Shown here: piece by piece, positions 48,895-62,330 of the stretch
Position numbering within the stretch: the first letter of the stretch is position 1
How the letters are laid out: every line of letters starts with the position of its first letter
NCBI GenBank assembly: GCA_002633005.1
Contig: NMRA01000374.1
Location: 187,921-251,920 of the forward strand
Origin: Phoronis australis
Lineage: Eukaryota > Animalia > Phoronida
Reading direction: 5' to 3'
Length of the DNA stretch: 64,000 nt
Translations under genes and position numbers: made by a program
The notes under the pieces: model-generated
What the model saw: only the letters and a program-made list of their open reading frames with translations
Told to the model about the DNA's origin: nothing
Database searches by the model: none

Positions 48895-51800
48895 GAGCAA
48901 TTTCATATAAAACCAGATGGTGGGCTATATATGCAAAAACCATTTTTTTTTGAAATTCAGCACATCAGCTGGCCTTGTCAAAAGAAACATGATCCTGAGT
49001 TTCCGAGTTTTTAAACCCTTTTTACGACCTCTTTGTACTTTTTCTGAAAAATAGCAAATAACAGTACTTGGAAGTAGGTGACATTTTGTCAGCAACAACA
49101 CATCATCGCTTCACGCTATAGAAAAAATAACTATATATCAGAAAGGAGAAAGAATAACGCACAAGAAAAACTAGTTCGGATGGATTTATTGATTTTTTAT
49201 GTCCTCCCATTTTAGCCTACAAAAATTTCATTTCCACTGCTTGTTGTTAAGGCCATTTTACGCATTTTTATCACTCTCCCAAATCTATATCGGATTCTTT
49301 TGGAACATGAGTTAACTTCCATCTTTTACTGCTGTCTTTGTTCAGCCCAACGCAAGAATGTAAAATTTTGTCTCTTTCATAGTTTTTTACATAACTCACA
49401 CACTTTTCTGCCAATCTGTGACTGTCAGTTTGATTAAAAGACTCTAGGAGGCGCTACTCGATTGTGCAATTATCTATCGACCAAGATGCCAAATAGAACA
49501 AATATCATTCGTTTTGTTACATCAGTGACGAAGGAGATCATTGGAAGCTGTATGAGCGATTTTTTCTTCGCGGATTTTCAATTTTGCTGGTGCAAAAATA
49601 AAAATTTGTTGTAGGATTACAGAAATCAAAAAAATCAATTTTAATGTACTTATGAGTTAATAATACAGCCACATCACCATCTCATACTTCAGGGTGCCCA
49701 TTACCCATTGCTTGGCCAGTTTTCAAACACCGTAATTGACTAAGAATCCCACGCACTGCCTGTAGTGCATGTTGGTCCATTTTCAGACCTCCTGGACAAA
49801 TCCCTGTATATGCGCTTGAAAAAATCCTCTCAAACTATTAGCAAAGTTCATACTAAAACTAATCAAGATCCTGATCACACGTGAAAAGAAGACGGTGGAT
49901 ACGAGCAGAAGTGTCGTGTTATTGGACATACAAAGTGTTACGCAATGCTTCTTGTACTACACAAAAGCGGCCGAGCATGGTGGCAGTGCGCCAGTGGAAT
50001 TTGCAATTTCAAAAAATAACAGGTACGGATATTTACGATTGAAAACATAATACTTTCAGTTATATCTAAGATACCGGCTTTCCAAACCAGTATTTAAGCA
50101 ATTGGGTGTTGTTGCGACTTACCAGCTAAAAGTTTCACAATATGTAAGTTCCGTTCATGCAGCGGACTCAAAACCACAGTTTCTTGAGAGTATGCTGGAT
50201 TTAGTGTTTGATGCATTTCTACACAACACTTCAAAAAACTGCATTTTGTTTGTAGAAAACAAGAGCTACTCCTTTAAAAATCTCAGTAGTTCCAATAGAA
50301 TCAATCATGTAAAAAGTATGCGTTACGAGTCTCAAACTGAACATCAAACAAAAAAACGCTAGTAAAAAGTGACAGAAGATTTCAACGTTCATAATCAGTG
50401 GCTTGGATAATTTTCCCCAAACGGCCACCACTCAAATCTCTCCCCCATGGACGACCCTAATTTGCGTCATCTTCCATTTTTCCCCAATTTCGCCCAGGGT
50501 GGACCCCAGTCCCTAGCTACGATAATGATGACCACAACAATATCGTAATAATAGGCAACAACTAAAACATGTTCATAATTTCCTACAGTTTATGATAATA
50601 ACTCATTCATGACTTCAAGCTCCAACTCATTCATTGAGGCAAACTCGTGGGCAGCAGCAGCATCAGCATCTTCAATATTCTGAATATTTCCGATTCGAGA
50701 CGCGGCAACCGTGACCATAGGGAAAAAAATCCAGCAATCTGCTACTCCGACAGCCACTCTTCAGAGGAGAAAACCTTTCTTTGCTTATTCCTGGCTTCTC
50801 GCATCATCTTTACAACCTCAGTTGGCTGTTGTTTTCTGCCTGACTGTTCACCTTCAGAAAATATATCACTGGGTTAAGTCTTTACCTTCTCAGAGAAGCG
50901 GACCGCTTTTCTGGTACTTTTAGGGTCCAATCCTGCGGCGACTTGATCAGCAACGTAAACGGCAGACAACTCAGGAGATGATACAGCTCTGATAGTAGAT
51001 AAAATCTCAGATTGTCTTGAAATGTGGTCGAACTGAGTCTCGTTCTGGAGGGATGATGAATGAGCACGAACATCCAAGTGCTCATTTAGCTCAGCATCTG
51101 TAGGAAAAGATTTCGAGCACCCATAGTGAGTGCATGTGAACTTCGTATGACGTTCACGGGATACCAGCCCCGACTCAACCCTTGGAGTTGTAAAACACTC
51201 GTGTGTCGCTAGGTCGAGACTTTTCAGAGGCAACAGTTTACATGACTTGTTGATGACAAGTTTTCCCTCCCCTACTCTATGGGCCTCCCATGCTCGAATG
51301 CCATCTGCGGAATACTCAAAGTTTGTCAGCAAACTTATATCCCTGGGATATTCTGCTTGGGAAGGACCTTTGGGGCATTCACACTACAGGCCGACACCTA
51401 ACAGCCTTTGACATCTCCTCTAGACTCTAGCGCATGTTTCAGGTCGACTGCATTTTGAACGTTGTTGCCTTCGTTGACGAAGTACTTGGCATGGGACTTC
51501 AAGGGTGCGATTTTCCTGTCACAGATGTCTTTTCCCTTCTGACTTTCACTGAAGTCGTAGCACAGAATGGAGATGCCGGTGTTACAAGATATGTAGAACA
51601 AATGAATCAGAAGGGCGGCTGAATGGTAACAATTGGCATTGTTGGAGCGTAGGAAAGCTTCCATTATTTGTGGATCCCTAGCTTTCACCTGCCTTATAGC
51701 TTAGCACATCTACCGTTAAACAGCAAACAGTGAAAAAGTCTTGCTTGCAGGCATCTAGAGTATGGATGTAAGTATGTACCTGAAATACAATAATTATGTA

Positions 51801-53657
51801 ACTCAAATAGGTCAGCTAGTTTAAAGAACTACCTTATTATATCTTATTATCACCTAAACCCGCAATCACATCACTCAACTTCAAACATGGTTCGTCTCAA
51901 CACGTTATTATATCAGTAGCTCCTTCAAAACATTTCTAGGGAGGGAGGAAATTTCCCCTTCACAAAGGTATGAAAATCATACATAAGTACAAAATGGCGT
52001 CAGTTAAAATGAAGGTTTGTGTGCAAAATCTACTAAGAGACAAAGAATGCATCACTGTCAAGCTTTTGTTGGGAAATGGCAAGAAAAAAAATAGATATTA
52101 AGTGCACACTCCCTGTATCTTGTACTGTTATAGTAAATCAATATACTAAAAAGAGGTAAAGGCAACAACATTGTTCATCACTGGCTTTCTGTTTAATATT
52201 GATCACATCTGAGAATTACTTTGTAACACCTTGAATACTAATTGAAGATTTATTTTTACCTGATGGCTTTCACCTTTCTTTGTGATACAAGCCGCCACGT
52301 GCCATAAGATCCTTTTTTCCAAACCAGTCGGACTGTGCTTCACGGAAACTGATGGGTATGAACTTCATTGCAAAATCCATTACAACCAAAACTTGGTGTG
52401 GGGTGAGAGATGACATCAGATCCTGTTTTGCTTGTTCCTGGTTTATCCCTCTGACATTATGCTGTGTGTTCTTGATAACAGCACGTCAATTTTTGTCTAA
52501 AACTAAGTCCAATCTCATGTCGATGTATAAAATATATAACGGCGCATTTCCATTGGTTTGCCAGTCCAACCTCCTATCTTCAGCTCTGGCAAGAATCAGC
52601 TGTAATTCCGATATACTTTCAAACTTCTGTGGCACTTTGCACGACCTCAGATGACTTCTGACGTCTTTTACACAGCTAATGAAGGCAACATTTCCTTCGC
52701 GATCACACTTATGTAACGAAAATTGACCAAATGTACAAGAAGGAAATTCCTCCATATTCTTTGCAGTGACAGGAAGTGCATGTAATCTCGAACCCTTAAG
52801 TGCTATTGGTGAAGTTCAACAAAGCATGGAGTGTTTTAGAAAATTGGGGTCTCAAAAGTGAAATTTAAATTTTTGTGATATTGCATTGTTCATGTTAGAT
52901 CATATATTTTAAGTGATATCTCTGAATTAAAAGAGTAGCCTCAATTCTCTTGTCAGTTAGAGTAAAGCCACATCACAAAAATCCCCAAATTCGAGGGTCA
53001 CGTTTAAAACTAAATGTATAAGAGACAAGTTTTTTTAAAAGCAATTATCAAAGTTCAATCTTAGAAGTGTCTACAAAGAGAATTTCGACTTCAAATATAT
53101 TCCGATATAGCAGGCAGGTTAAGCAACATCTTGCCACTTGTGACTGGCCTGAAAAGTGGTCTCGGAGTTTTCCCCCCTGCTGGAAATTTAATTGTACCTA
53201 TGAGTTGCAATTTTCATTTTCTTACTAACCTTACATAAGTCTTTATGACCATCAATGTCAAACTTTGTCACCAGTTTTTCAAGTTTGATTTTTTGCCGTT
53301 CAAAAAATGCAGTTTTACTGACATGAAAAAATGCAAAATATGACTTTATAGCCAAATAGATCAAATCTCGGTAACCAAAGGTCATTGATTGCAAATATTG
53401 AAGCAGTGTACTTTGGGCCAGCATCCTAACACATGCACAAAGCATTAGTTCTGTATGAATTTTTGAGTATATAGTGATTTTTCATTTTCATATGGTTTTT
53501 ATATGGAATCATTCTTAAATCGTACAAAATGCTTATGGTATTAAAATTGAATACAAGGTCGTTTTGAACTATGGCTTCCATTCTAGTTGTACAACACTGA
53601 TCTGATCACTGTGCTATGAGTAAAAGAAGTAAGAAACTCTTTTCATAGGTAGAGCTC
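48895..53657 (-). mobile_element. Sola3-like element inside the FA58C gene intron (ends approximate)
   Basis: TTAA|GAGC at 48891-48898; a candidate GCTC end at 53657 lacks a clear TTAA; contains the transposase relic at 50600-52755. Confidence 0.6.
50600..52755 (-). pseudogene. Sola3-like DDE transposase pseudogene (multi-exon, deletions and frameshifts)
   Basis: ATG at 52755; MDFAMKFIPISFREAQSDWFGKK..WHV; FLRSNNANCYH; DFSESQKGKDICDRKIA; IPGISLLTNFEY; C2H2 FTCTHYGC..HLDVRAH; RFSEKVK. Confidence 0.85.
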
Positions 53658-54185
53658 CAACCCCAGCGAAAGATTCAGATCAGTCCCTTCGTTCCCGGTC
53701 ACCTGCCCTCCCCGACATCAATCCTCATCATATTTTGTCCTGATCGGCACCCATTCTCCGCAGCCGGTTTCTGCCCCCTAGTAATTTGTTCACTATTCTC
53801 GACAAGCTAGTTGAAAGTGAAAAAAAATCTTAAGCCACCTTGACGTTAACCTTGGTACAAAGCTGTATATAAATATACATGTATTTTGACGACAGTCTTC
53901 ATACAACTAGCCGGCTGGCTACCTTGATGTCAAAGGTGAGCTTTCTCCGTTTCAAAACCGTATGTACGTACATGTATACTTATACGATAAGGAGCATGTG
54001 CGTTCGGTATCATTTTTAATAACTATTGGTTATGTTTTCTGATTCGGCTCTGGCCAAAGTTGACTCATGTCAAATGAATAAAACGCGGAAGTTAGACGTG
54101 ACGTATACGCCGTGTTTTATGTAATTTATGAAGAATGGAGAACAAGAAGATATGTGTTGTAGAATTCAAACGAGACGATAATTAC

Positions 54186-54561
54186 CTTCCACCAGCCATT
54201 TTCGTCAACCACAAATGTCCAAACTCCGTTTTTCTTGTACTCTATGAAATACGAAGTAACAAAATTCTCTCTTTGTGCCGAATCTCCTTTGGTCACAATC
54301 CCTGTCACATTTCTAACCTGACCAAGGTCAAACAGTATCCATTGAACATGGTTCAATACTTCCGGAGACCATCCTCCGCTTTTCGATTCATTTTTAGCTC
54401 TATATATACGAGCCCTACTCGGTCCCGTATTTGAATTTAGAGAGCTCGACACCGTGATGTTCTGGTCAGGTATGGGTTGATCCCCTGAGACGAGCAGTTT
54501 GGTGCAAGGGTGGGCATTGATATCCTCAATTTTCAACATTCCGTTCCGTTCTTGCAGAGAC
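54186..54561 (-). CDS. Main exon of an F5/8 type C (discoidin/FA58C) domain protein
   Basis: Open frame: C.KLLVSG..IPDQNITVSSS..PSRARI..GGWSP..QWILFDLGQVRNVTGIVTKG..FVTSYFIEY..W; acceptor ttatag|G, donor AAG|GTAAT; candidate ATG at 54539. Confidence 0.9.
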
Positions 54562-56748
54562 CTATAATTTCAAAATAAATAGTGCATATGAGGTCTATAA
54601 TTCTCTTCACCGAAACAGCAATCAGGTTATTGTTGCTATCCATTTAAGAAAGCTTATAGTTTGACGACTAGTCTATGTATTTACCCAAATATCCACAAAG
54701 CTGTTAACTCAATAAAGGTATATATTTTCTCAAAGTAAAAAGTTTTTATAATTTGAAGTTTGACTTCCACGTTCTAGTTTTTTTAAAACGTGAAGCGTCG
54801 CGAGTTGTATTCACTATAGAGACTCAATGCCACTAGCGTGTGAACACTCACAGCAGCGTCCAAATGAAATGACAAGAACAGCTTCAATACATGTATGTAG
54901 TTGTGTTTTTATGGTGACCAGATGCAGAATTTCTCGTTCACTGCAGACCAAACAGTGAAATCTATTTCAGTCTAGGACTGTCTTGGAATATTCTTCAAAG
55001 ACAAATAAATGAGGCACTTTTTGGAAACTAGTATACAACCAACAGATATCCACAATCCTTGCACAAACAAAGCAATCGGGATATGACTGAGGAACAGAAT
55101 GTCCCTTCCGAGGCGACGCTTGCATAATTAATTAGAGCCCGGGAATTAAATTAAACTTGGAAATTTAACTAGGATAGCCAGGAAACCGCAATTAAATAAG
55201 AATTACATTAAAAGGGATTGCCCTTCCCTTTACGGAACCCTTCCTGAACTGGTGCATAGGGAGGTCAGGTCGAAGAAATCGACGATAGGCAGCTTATAAT
55301 CGCATTGATTGAACTATTGAACTAAGTGATGATTGCTCATTGTTTTGTAAAAAAGTTTCTGAATGACTGCAAACTAGATATCCTTTCCAAAACATCATCG
55401 ATTTTTTTACCATCCAAAAGCCGTTTCTCTACAATTTTTGGATAAAATACTGCTAGCTGAACGAGTAATTGACAAGCAATCAAAGGCCCAACCATAGCCC
55501 CTTGCATGAAGTACTTACAAAATGCAATTATGCAATAAAACAGTTACTGAATTTCACACTCATTTAGCATGTTGGTTTTCAGACCCAAAATGCAATAACG
55601 CCTGGGTTATCATCCCGTTTGGGGTCTGTAAACCAACATTTTGACCTCGGTAGAAATCAACAATTGTACGCTGTATATGGTCACTTTTGATTGGCTAATG
55701 GAACATCACTCGTCTCTAGGGAGCATACATTTTAATCAGTTGTGTATTCCGTACCTTGAATTCCGAATGAACGATAAACTGCTCTTATAGAACCGGTGTA
55801 TTACTATCTCACTGGAACGAGGCTTGAACAGCGCGAGGAAATGTTTCATTCAAATCGCTACAGCAAAACTGAAGCTGATCGCATGTACCAAGTTAGCTAG
55901 TCAAAACAATGTATACTTGTATACTGTAATTAAAATATCGTGCACTGAATTGGCTCTTTCCGTATTCAATGGCGTAATTCACAGCGTATTCCATGACCGT
56001 AATCCCAAGGGATTATTCCTCTTCTAACAATCCCTACTGGTATTTCTTGGCACATGCATATGCCATGGACTTATACGTGTACCTCGCTGGTTCCCTGCGT
56101 GCTTAGCCCAGTGGCACGTGCTTTAGCATTGGTCGATGTATTTTTACAACACCGTGAAAAAATGGCGGACTGTGAACGATTTTTAGCATTGTCATGCAAG
56201 TGGCGTCGCTGCAACTATTCCGTTTCTGCAGTGATGGTTAATAACCGCGTGCTTGAATCACATATATGTACAATAAACACATGTCTGACCGATTTAACCG
56301 GTGTGTTAGTCATACCGTATATATTCCGCTGGACTTATATACAGAAATCTACGGTGGATCTTCTTAAACTTTAAACCATGAAAATTTCATTGAGACAGTT
56401 TTGTTCTACTAACATGTTCAACTAATATTCCTTTCATGCAAGTCGGACAGTACGTTCGCGTTTAAGGCGTTATTGCAACAAGTAAGTGTTGTTTTGATTT
56501 TTGTTTGGTGTTTCTATATTTTATTTTGTCATGTATTCCCCTTTTCAGATAGTCACTGTTATTCTTCAACAACATTTCTGTACTTATCATCAGACTTCAG
56601 TAAACTCGCGACTGTTCATACTTAAAATGTTAGCAGCAGAAGTGTGTTGTGTTCATAAGCAGAGACCTGTGGGAAGAACTATTTTCCGTAACTGTAGCAA
56701 ATATATGACGCAATGAAATGAAAACGGTCGATATGGATGGATTGTAAT

Positions 56749-59117
56749 GGGGCTATTCGGAGAATTCTCCTCGCGGTGTCGCTGCTGTACTAGTGGTGAT
56801 TGAATTGCGCATGCGTGGCTGTCTGCATGTAAACAACTGGTAAAAGATGGAATTTTTATCAAAATACGTCGTCGCGCTAAGCTAATTTCCCTGGTGCAAG
56901 TCTTCGACAGGTGGCCACAAATTCCCAAAAGACCTAAGGTTACTATATTCGTGGACAATTGCGGTCAACAGGGTCAACTAACTGACAAAAAGTGTGTGGA
57001 TGCTGAAGCCCCGTGCGTGCTCCATGTCAATGACTATGCAGTTCCATTCGGAGACTACACAACATTACTTTGTAAGTTTTTAGCAATCAGTTTCTATCAA
57101 CATCGTTCGGTGATGTTATCCCCACCAGTTACCCCACTGAATAACAGTTTTATTGAGTGGAACTAAGTGTTTCTTTTTGGAAACTCACCCGATGCCGGAT
57201 AGGCTAGCAGCACATATTCATATNNNNNNNNNNNNNNNNNNNNNNNNNNNNNNNNNNNNNNNNNNNNNNNNNNNNNNNNNNNNNNNNNNNNNNNNNNNNN
57301 NNNNNNNNNNNNNNNNNNNNNNNNNNNNNNNNNNNNNNNNNNNNNNNNNNNNNNNNNNNNNNNNNCACATTTCTCCAGGGCCACTGACTTGCACATTGTG
57401 CCATGCAGCACTGCTGGTGTGTGGAAGTGCTGTGGGAAGAGAACAGAGTAACAAAGCTTGTCTATGATACAGCTTGAAGTGGCCTTAAAATGTCACTGAA
57501 CCTGGAACAAATATTGAAGTATGAATAATTAAGTACTCCAGGTTGGGTCAAAAATGTTATCCCTGTTTTTCAAAAATATATGGTGATTGGTCTACAGTTT
57601 CACATAAAAGTAAATAATTACTATTTTCAAAAACCAAGGGTGTATATAATGAGTATTGCATAAAACTGTGTCTTTATTTTTTATCCCTAGCCATAACAAT
57701 TCTTTAAACGCATCACTTGTCTGTTTTTTGAGACAACTTCAAACCTTTGTTACCCATTTTCAAGCCTTTTTAATTTTGATACTCTCAGCAACTTTAAACT
57801 CAGATTACAGGTTCATGGGTCTGTTAAGCATTCTAGCCTAAGGTTGAGGGAACCGTTTTTCTTCTAAAAGAAGATATAAAGACTTGGGTCATTTAAAAAT
57901 GATGGATAATCTTTCTGTTGATTAAGAGTAAGTACAAATCGTAAGGCACCATCAAAAATGCAATTTTCACAAAAATGGCAGTCATTTGAATTTATAACGA
58001 CTTGCAACATTTCAAGGCATGAGTTAAGACCATTCAGTCACTGTGAATTCGGAAAATGTAATATATTTTCGTGGTTTTACAATTGATAAAAGTAGCAAAA
58101 CAGCTTCATGAAATCAACTTGGAGGGACTTCGTGAAGGTTAAGAATTACCTCACCATGCTCTTTTCCCCAAACATGTATTACCTGTTATTTCCACACATT
58201 CAGTTGTACCAAATATTGCAACCCCCCATGCCAATCCCCCCTCGGGACCTGAATAAGTAATTTAACAAAATGACTAAAAATAGCTGTTCCTTTTCAAAGG
58301 CTTTGTTCGCTGTCTCCAATATTGGAAGTAGGCTTTGACAACAGATCTCCACTGGATGGGAAGATCTTGTTGGTTAGCTGCAGTCAAATGCTAAAAACCA
58401 ATTTTTGTCCATTCAGGGACGGTGCAGAAGCGATGCATACATGAACATGTATCTCCTCTGCACGGTACAGTGTACAATGTACAAGCCTTCAATCCTAAAA
58501 ACCAAAGGTTACGTGAAAACTGACGTGATTTCCATTTCAACGTGTAATAGATTTCCAGAAGACAGATAATAGGGAGTAAACAAATAATCTAATGCAATGG
58601 ATATTTATCACTTACGTACCCTTTGCCATTGGGATTGGATTGTAATCTTAACTCATTAACCTGTATCGAGTTGACAGCATAAACATTCAGCATTGATTGA
58701 TGCAACTGTCACTGATAAACTTTAAGAAATCATTCCAAACAATAATAATGCTTTGATGTACGAAAAGATCCCGATTTCTACGTCAAGTATCGTATCATAT
58801 CACAACATACAAAGATTAACCAGACTCTGGCTGGCGACTGACTGCCGCGAAGTCAACCTCGGCGAGTGCCTCAGTTAACAGGCATCGGTAGAATAATCAT
58901 GGAATAATCTTTAAAATAATCAAAAACCTTACCTTTGTATGAGGTCGTGCTTACTTCCTCTCATAGAAGCACCCTTTTTACGCAATCTCAGATTCAGTTG
59001 GCACGGCTGCAAGCCATTTCACCATGTATTTAAAGGGCTCGCGAAATCGAGGCTGTTAATCTATCACCACTAGTACACGCACGCCCTCTAGTTATTGTAG
59101 ATTTTCCGAATAGCCCC
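56749..59117. mobile_element. ISL2EU-like element with AT duplication; convergent THAP and SAP-domain ORF relics
   Basis: TIR GGGGCTATTCGGA.AA; absent from copy A (tgtaATtgg, 19611-19619); plus strand HKFPKDLRLLYSWTIAVNR..W..(THAP-like) at ~56915-57050; minus strand LRKKGASMRGSKHDLIQR|GTAAG (SAP-like) at ~58933-59025. Confidence 0.85.
57224..57365. other. Assembly gap (Ns)
   Basis: Run of N. Confidence 1.
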
Positions 59118-60779
59118 ATTGGTTAAGTATAGGTTAAGAATGAAAATTAAGTATTCATGTAAAAATAGGAGACCGGTTCTTGAATTGCCTGGTTTACGTC
59201 ATTCATGAGTTCACGCTGTCTCAAATTGAATGCTTTCGCTTTTCTTTTCAGGTCGTCACTAGTCGATTCTTCTAACAGTCGTGATCTGCCCAGTAGCCTA
59301 TCGTATCAACGTGCGCAACAACGGTTTTGGCAGGGAGGGGTGCACCTAGCAGACTCCATTAGAATTAGTGGCACAACAAAGTCAACATTTTTGTGCAGCA
59401 GGAAGCCGGGAGGGGGGTGGCGTAAATGAGTAGTGACTGAGGGAGACTGAGCTTTGAAAAATTGGTGACGACCGTGGACGGCGCTAAACTGGTGACGACC
59501 AGAAGAAACGGCCCTGTTATCTTCCACGCAGATTTTCAGAAAATGTTAACGAGTATCAGTTTCATTTCATCCACTAACAGATTCCACAAGTCAGAGTTTT
59601 CACTGTGGTTAAAAAGGTAAGCGAGCCCAGACGTGTTAAGTCACCTCAGTTGCATGAAGACGCGCACGTGTATCACTGAGTTAACATCGGGTGTTTCAAA
59701 GGCTGTGGATGAGAAAGGTTTTAATTGTAAAAAACGGTTGGGTGAATTTGGTGTTGGTAGCATTTGAAATTGCATTCGCTTTCTAGACAACGCCCTTATA
59801 TATACATGTACAATATGTTAGTTGATCGTGTCTTCTGAGCCGCGCAGCACTGTACTAGTCGACGCATTCCCTCATGATTGTCTTTGTAATCTATTTTGGG
59901 TAATTGTTCATTCGACGTTTTCGTGTTGAAACTGAGCTTTCAGTTAATATTGAAATAAACGTGTCAGAGTTAAATTGCGTTTCGGTTTGTAACCAGCAGA
60001 CAATACATGGATACGTTTAACAAACATAAACATATATTATGTTCTCGTCCTTGTTGATCACTTTCTTCATTGAACTCGTTCCCACATCCATTACTGTTAC
60101 GTTTAATGCAACATTCGTTAAAATTGAGAAAGCGCATGTTTTGATGGTCGGGAACCCTCTTTGTGCGTCGAATACGCAAGTCCAGCTTTTTTTGGGAAAC
60201 CACGCGCAGACCATTTGAGTCTCATTTACCTGCAATTATACTGCTATCAAATGACCGAGCCAGCAATGTTGATTATAATACCGCTCATTGGAATAATGTA
60301 CATGTACACCCAGGAAATTCGGACACTAGCGGAAACCCAAATTTGGAGGTCCTCCAAATTCGGACACCACAAAAATGATGTTTCGCGACATTTGTCCAAG
60401 AATGAATTTTTTTTCAATTGGAATTAATTTTCAGTGTCTGAAAATCGCGCGACTTTACTGTAATATTATTTTCAATGTGCAGTACCAAAACATTGCAATC
60501 CAAAACCAGAATCTTTATTTCACAGTAGACATGCACATTTTGTACACTAACATTTATAAACAACTCACACACATTTCGAACCACGCCAGGAGCACATCAT
60601 TTACATGTACCAACAAAAATGTAGCAATGACAGGAGTACTTGACCATTGAGCAGTAAGTGACCACTCGAAGTGATGACGTCGGTACCCGGTACGCAAGGA
60701 CTTAGTGTTAAGCAACGAGCAAAATTTTATAGTGGGATAACAATTACTATTAAATACAAACTTTTGCGTATTATGTTGA

Positions 60780-61775
60780 AATGTGGACGCTTACCTCTTG
60801 TTACCATCAACAAAAACTTGTTATGTACTCCACACATAAACAAATTGTTGAGAAAGATAAGCAGATTCTGTGGTGTTCACAATAACCTAAATCATCTCTT
60901 GCCCTTTGAAACTTTGAAAACTGTATATAATAGTCTTGTCCTTCTTCATTTTAATTATGGCATTCTGCTATGGGGGTATGAACATAATAGAATATTCAAA
61001 TTACAGAAAAAGGTTACATTACCTCTAGTTATTCTAATGCCCATACAGATCCTTTATTTAAGACTACACACATTCTTAAAGAAAACAAAAACGGTTTTAA
61101 GTAGACTTGACATGTTTCGGTGTCATTTATTCTAACACCATCATCAGAAGTGAGAATACAGTGGCCACCTAGCTAGGCCCAGCAACAAGTAATGAAGCAC
61201 AGATACAGTCAATTACAGGTAGTGACAAGAACTAGACCAACAATGACAATCTGTGAAGTGTCAGTTGCCTATAGTTCAGATTGGGCTTGGACCAACTGAT
61301 GTGTAGAGCCTCACGAATTTTAAGCTCCTTTGTTGTTACTGCCTGGTCTATTAGTGCAAAGTCATTGAAAGAGCATTGCTGATAACAGTGATTGGAGCTC
61401 TGTAGGTGAATATTTACGTGCGAATTTCTGTCAGAATTTAGATTTCCTTGGTCCCGGTTTTCAAATGGCGAACAGTTTTGCCTATATAACTGGAGCCACA
61501 TCCAGCACAGATAAATTTGTATACTACCCTGTACCGTAGACCCATAGGAATTTGTCCTTGGGGTTAAATAAATTTAACAGTTTTAGAGACTTGAATGTTA
61601 ATACACCTCTTAGGTTCACAAAGTAAGCATTCACCAATTTGTTGAGTTTTCGTTGAGCAATCTTGGCGTACAACCCAACAGAGGGTATTTTAAAGTACTT
61701 GTAGTTAGTTTTGTCTACAGGATGAACATCATCAGGGTTACGTTGGAGTCTTGCTTTCAGTACCCTATTGACTAT
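60780..61775. mobile_element. Copy B of the CR1/L2 fragment (+, ~60780-61080) and the Penelope GIY-YIG/3' end (-, ~61080-61775)
   Basis: TLKTVYNSLVL.HFNYGILLWG..LQKK; ELKIREALHISWSKPNLN. Confidence 0.88.
61105..61151 (-). ncRNA. Penelope minimal type I hammerhead ribozyme with an intact core
   Basis: ACTT-CTGATGA-T-GGTGTTA-gaataaa-TGACACC-GAAA-CATG-TC-AAGT: stems I and II pair, palindromic ACATGT stem III, GUC cleavage triplet. Confidence 0.82.
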
Positions 61776-61802
61776 CTCGAAATGTTGATGTAGTGCGTTT
61801 AA

Positions 61803-62330
61803 AGTCCTTGTTGCAAACTGCCCATGTGGTTCTAGTATCCGAAAATACTTACTACATAAATTCTTATTTTCGACACCCTTTCTTTATATTCTTTTCGCCT
61901 TTCTTGCCAAAAGCGATTTTTTAACAGTATTTGACTCTTCTCTCTGAGCGTATGATTACCGGTTGTCATCGGTTATTTCCGTACCCACATTTCCGGCTCA
62001 TCAGTTCAGGAACTTGTCCTGAACGCCGCCATTTTTTCCTTGTAACTGAATGTGCTACGGCTTGCTCGAAAAGTCTTCATTATTTTGNNNNNNNNNNNNN
62101 NNNNNNNNNNNNNNNNNNNNNNNNNNNNNNNNNNNNNNNTGAATTGTACTTCCGGGTTCGCGGCAAGTTCAAAATGGCGGTGTTTCTTCGGGTGCGAATC
62201 GTGAGTGGCGCGTTCATTTAAACTGTTTTCGAGTACGGATCGTGTATTAGTTATGGGGTAGGTACTTCTTGGAGCCTTATAACATCTTCTAACCATGTAA
62301 TAAGGGTTAACAACGCGTGAGAGAAGGACT
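61803..62330. mobile_element. Kolobok-like non-autonomous element inserted at TTAA in the hAT relic
   Basis: TTAA|AGTCCTT ... AAGGACT|TTAA; empty site at 25101-25104; spans the N gap 62088-62139. Confidence 0.78.
62088..62139. other. Assembly gap (Ns)
   Basis: Run of N. Confidence 1.

Noticed and set aside
57153-57467. ORFs spanning the N run
   Set aside because: Open only because of the assembly gap; the same applies to 61931-62383.
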